Assembly: GCA_040758475.1 (NCBI GenBank)
Contig: JBFLVN010000003.1
Coordinates: forward strand, 1 to 41,841
Reading direction: 5' to 3'
DNA from: Bdellovibrionota bacterium
GTDB taxonomy: Bacteria; JAGRBM01
Length of the DNA: 41,841 nucleotides
This document shows, one piece after another, positions 38,365 to 41,841 of this stretch (position 1 is its first letter; each line of letters opens with the position of its first letter). The notes below the pieces were generated by a model that ran no database searches, had not been told where the DNA came from, and worked only from the letters and a program-made list of their open reading frames with translations. A program made the translations under genes and the position numbers.

Positions 38365-38640
38365 GTGGCGAATACCAAGTCCGCAGCCAAACGCGCCCGC
38401 CAGAACCTGCGCCGGGCCGAGAGAAACAGGGCCCAGAAAACGGCCATGCGCACCGTCGTCAAGAAAGCAGCCGAACCGCTCGCGAAGGGCGCCGCTGCGC
38501 CTGCCGAAGCGCTCAAAGCCGCCATCAAAGCCATCAGCAAGGCCGGGTCCAACCATCTGATTCACCCCCGGCAAGCGGCCCGCCGGATTTCACGATTGAT
38601 GCGGGCTCAGAACAAGGCGCAGCAAACAGCCAAAGCCTAA
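38365..38640 (+). CDS. rpsT: 30S ribosomal protein S20
   Basis: ANTKSAAKRARQ..RN...MRTVVKK...IHPRQAARRISRL. GTG start with AAGGAG RBS. Confidence 0.96.
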   Translation: MANTKSAAKRARQNLRRAERNRAQKTAMRTVVKKAAEPLAKGAAAPAEALKAAIKAISKAGSNHLIHPRQAARRISRLMRAQNKAQQTAKA

Positions 38641-38668
38641 GGTTGTTTTGGATTTGAAAGCCTTTTTG

Positions 38669-38699
38669 AAGGGCGTCCTGAAGGACGCCCTTTTTATTT
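38669..38699 (+). terminator. Rho-independent terminator after rpsT (between convergent genes)
   Basis: AAGGGCGTCCT-GA-AGGACGCCCTT followed by TTTATTT. Confidence 0.85.
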
Positions 38700-38703
38700 C
38701 CAG

Positions 38704-41331
38704 CTAAACTTCAAATCCCCCGATCTCGCTTCGAATGGCCGATGCCCGCTCGGAGAGCCGCGCGGAGAGTTTTTCAAGGCGTACCGCCTTGTCTGCGTTG
38801 GCCTGAGCCAAGGACCGGATGCGCTCGCTCGCGAGGGCGATCTGCTCGGCCTCGACGGCTTCCTGTTGGACCCCTTCGAGCACCGCTTCCATCGTCTGTT
38901 GCACGTCGGTGATCGCCCGGGATACCTCGTCGGCCGCTCGTTTTTGTTCGTCGGCCGCGCGGGATACGCGACGGCCCAGCTGCTCGATCCGTCCCAGGGA
39001 TTCAATGATGGCCGCCCGAGCGCGCCGCTGGTCGGTCTCCGTCCGGACAAAATCGCCGGCCGCTTCGCGGAGTTTCCCCAACACTTCCGCGACGACTGCG
39101 CTCTGCTGCGCCTGCTCGGCCGCGGCCGCGGTAATGCGGCGAACTCCCGCCAGGGATTCTTCTGCCTGCCGCGTAATCTCTCCAAGGGATTCGCCCGCGG
39201 CGCCAGCCAGTTCGAGTCCTTTCCTGGCCGCCTGGGTGCCAAGGCCGATGATCTCGATAGCTTGCCGGCTCTCCCGGCGAATGCTGGAGACGAGGCCGGA
39301 GACTTCTCCGATGGACGCGGCCGTCTGATCGGCCAGCTTGCGGATTTCTTCGGCCACGACCGCGAACCCCGATCCCTGCTCTCCCGCCTGGGCTGCGATG
39401 ATCGCCGCGTTGAAAGAAAGGAGATTGGCCTGATCGGCCAGATTGTTCACGACGTCGAGAATCTGTTCGACCTGCACGTTCTTCTCGCCCAGGCTCTTGA
39501 CGATCCCGGCGGCCTGCCCCACCACGTCGTTTACTTGCCGGATGGCCCCGAGAACCTGGAGGACGGTCTCTTGCCCTTCCTTTGAGCGTTCGAGCACGCC
39601 GCCGGAGAGTTTCTCCGAGCTTTGGGCCACCTGGCTTACTTCCGCCACGGCCGCATCGATGCGGGAAATGGCCGATTCGGTCTCCGTGGCCGACTCCCGG
39701 AGGTGTTCCGTCGCTTTCGAGAGGAGCGTGAGCGAACCGTCCAGATCGCGCATGGCGCCGTCGATGGCGCCTGCTTCCTCCCCGAGCCGGGAAGCGGTCT
39801 CCCGGACCTGCCCCACCGTCGTAGCCAGCTCAAAACCCGCGCTCGAAGCCGCCTCGATTGATTCGCTAAGGGCCCCTACCCGCTGGACGATGGCCTCGAT
39901 CTTCCCATGGAGGGAAGCGATGGAGCGCCCCGTTTGCTCGCTTTCGGAAAGCTGGTCGGCGCTGACCCGGACGGTCTCCTCTCCACTCGCGACGATTTCC
40001 CGTTCCGCCTGGGAGAGTTGCTCAAAGGTCCCCTTGAGGTTGGAAACCATCCGCCGCAAACCTGTCACCATATCCCGTATCTGGCGGGCCAGATCACCGA
40101 TCTCATCGTCCGTCACGACCGGGATCGACGTATCGAGGCGCCCTTCGGCCAGCCGTTCCGAGCGCCGGACCACCGCGCGTAGCGGCCGCACAATGTCCTG
40201 GCTCAAGACGAAAACCACGCCGAAACTTCCAAAGAGCATGCACAGATAAATAATGAGTGCTTGCACCAGAAAACTAGCGTCGACGCCGTGTGGAATGCCA
40301 AGCGAGATCAGATACCGGCGGGAGAGATTTTCAAGCCCCGCCACTTCTTCGCTCTTCAAGGAAACGTAGGTGACGCTCCGGAGGTAATCCTCTCCGAAAA
40401 GCCCCAAGCCGTCGATCATGGCCTTGCGGGTACGTTCGTCTTCGATCACGCCCGGGATGTTGAGAACGAAGCGGAGATCGGGGAATTCGGCCACCACGAC
40501 GCCCCCCGTCTCCCCGAAACGGAGTTCCGAGAGAAGGGTGAAGAAAGCCTGGCGGCCCTCTTCCGTCGAATCTTCTACCGGGGTGGCGCTCAAAACGCGG
40601 CGCAAAAGCTGGGCGTTATCCCGCAAGTGGGCCAGCCGCTCTTCCGACTGGAGGCGCTGGGCATATGCATAACCGGCGACGAACGCCATTCCCATCGCAA
40701 ATACAAGCGTCGCGGCCATTCCAAAACGCAATTTTTCCGCGATCGTCTGCCGGCCCGGAAGCTCCTCCGAGAAGAGCGCGGGGACTTCACTTCGAAGCCA
40801 GGCCGCCACCCGGGAGAGGACGTACTTGTGGAGGTAAATCTGCGGGACGTTGATCCCCACGCCTAGCAGCGTCAGCCCCGCGGGCGCGACCCATCGAATC
40901 CACGGCGAGATATCCGCAAGGACGATCAAAGCGCCCAGAATTCCGCCGATCACCCAAAATCCGAAACTCAACCAGGCCGCGAAAAAGGGGAAGCGGTGGA
41001 CGCGGCGGTAAACACGCCGCACGTAAACATAGTCCGAGCGCAAGGCTTCTCCGTCTAACTGGAGAGCCTTGTGGATCGGCCAGTAATGCCACAAGACGAG
41101 CGAGAACCAGACCAAAACGAAGCCTGTTGTAATAACCGGCACCTGGACCAGTGAGCTTCGAGGAATGAGGGCGTTGAATTGGCCGAAAATTCCACCAAGG
41201 GACGCAGCAATGGCGATCAGCATTCCAATCGCCACTGCGCCGATCATACTCGACCAGCCCATCAGCCCCAAGAAAATCCTCAGGGAATTGGGCCGTGTAT
41301 AGGTTTCTGCGCGCGAAGGCTCCGGTGGCAC
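38704..41331 (-). CDS. Methyl-accepting chemotaxis protein (multi-TM N-terminus, HAMP, very long signalling domain)
   Basis: HAMP motif (VRPL...DEIGDLA) and hairpin signature NLLSFNAAIIAAQAGEQGSGFAVVAEEIRKLA. Confidence 0.93.
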   Translation of the reverse strand: MPPEPSRAETYTRPNSLRIFLGLMGWSSMIGAVAIGMLIAIAASLGGIFGQFNALIPRSSLVQVPVITTGFVLVWFSLVLWHYWPIHKALQLDGEALRSDYVYVRRVYRRVHRFPFFAAWLSFGFWVIGGILGALIVLADISPWIRWVAPAGLTLLGVGINVPQIYLHKYVLSRVAAWLRSEVPALFSEELPGRQTIAEKLRFGMAATLVFAMGMAFVAGYAYAQRLQSEERLAHLRDNAQLLRRVLSATPVEDSTEEGRQAFFTLLSELRFGETGGVVVAEFPDLRFVLNIPGVIEDERTRKAMIDGLGLFGEDYLRSVTYVSLKSEEVAGLENLSRRYLISLGIPHGVDASFLVQALIIYLCMLFGSFGVVFVLSQDIVRPLRAVVRRSERLAEGRLDTSIPVVTDDEIGDLARQIRDMVTGLRRMVSNLKGTFEQLSQAEREIVASGEETVRVSADQLSESEQTGRSIASLHGKIEAIVQRVGALSESIEAASSAGFELATTVGQVRETASRLGEEAGAIDGAMRDLDGSLTLLSKATEHLRESATETESAISRIDAAVAEVSQVAQSSEKLSGGVLERSKEGQETVLQVLGAIRQVNDVVGQAAGIVKSLGEKNVQVEQILDVVNNLADQANLLSFNAAIIAAQAGEQGSGFAVVAEEIRKLADQTAASIGEVSGLVSSIRRESRQAIEIIGLGTQAARKGLELAGAAGESLGEITRQAEESLAGVRRITAAAAEQAQQSAVVAEVLGKLREAAGDFVRTETDQRRARAAIIESLGRIEQLGRRVSRAADEQKRAADEVSRAITDVQQTMEAVLEGVQQEAVEAEQIALASERIRSLAQANADKAVRLEKLSARLSERASAIRSEIGGFEV

Positions 41332-41422
41332 GCCCCGTCACTCCGTCCGTTTCTGGAAGCGGAGGGAAATTTGACACGGAGCCGCCCGGCCCGCAAGGAC
41401 CGCTATCCAGGCCACCGGGACG

Positions 41423-41841
41423 TTATTTCGTAGCCATCGCCACGATCTCGTCGCGCCTACGGGCCATGTCAGCGGCGCTGACCGTAGATTCGAGATTAAG
41501 GCGCAGGAGGGGCTCCGTGTTCGAGGGGCGGATGTTGAACCACCAATCGGGATACTCGACCGTAAGCCCATCGAGCCGTATCTGGGTGCCGGAGGCATAG
41601 GCCTTGGCTACCCGCTCAATGGCGCCGTCCTTGTCGTGGACTTCCATGTTGATCTCGCCGGAAGGGAAATAGCGGCGGTAGGGCGCGACCACCTGGCTCA
41701 AGGGCCGGTCTTGCCGCGCCAGGAGATTCAAAAGGAGGACCAGGGCCAAGTCCGAATTCTCGGCGTAAAAATTGTCCCGGAAATAGTAATGCCCGGAGAG
41801 TTCACCGGCGCAAAGGCCGTTGGCTTCCCGCATGGCCGTCT
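41423..41841 (-). CDS. manB: Phosphomannomutase/phosphoglucomutase, 3' part (truncated by the window edge)
   Basis: Sugar-binding loop GELSGHYYF, SGEIN and DGL...WWFNIRPSNTEPLLRLNLE domain-4 motif. Confidence 0.88.
   Translation of the reverse strand, partial: TAMREANGLCAGELSGHYYFRDNFYAENSDLALVLLLNLLARQDRPLSQVVAPYRRYFPSGEINMEVHDKDGAIERVAKAYASGTQIRLDGLTVEYPDWWFNIRPSNTEPLLRLNLESTVSAADMARRRDEIVAMATK

Overview
GC-rich bacterial chromosomal DNA whose gene content and motifs look deltaproteobacterial (Myxococcota/Bdellovibrionota-like; this is inference). Bases 244-20354 (+) are a respiratory complex I supercluster with two divergent membrane-arm modules: nuoJKLMN, then nuoABCDEFGH, then a second nuoJKLMN. 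No nuoI is present in the window. NuoL of the first module has a 26-residue tandem duplication in its lateral amphipathic helix, the published hallmark of complex I variants with an extra NuoM ('2M'), yet that module encodes only one nuoM. It also has a 15-His loop. This suggests a hidden four-antiporter arm, or interchangeable long and short arms, and is the main candidate for an undescribed system. Bases 20447-31814 (-) are a type IV pilus locus: pilD-pilS-pilR, an intergenic sigma-54 promoter with IHF-like sites and a dyad, then fimT-pilV-pilW-pilX-pilY1. PilY1 has a vWA domain with a Cys-rich insert. The rest holds a TonB-like protein with an AT-rich 3' half, a DUF2804-like protein, a ~1400-aa exported Ig-repeat protein of unknown function, rpsT, a very long chemoreceptor and the 3' end of a phosphomannomutase. 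I saw no RNA genes, CRISPR arrays or mobile elements.
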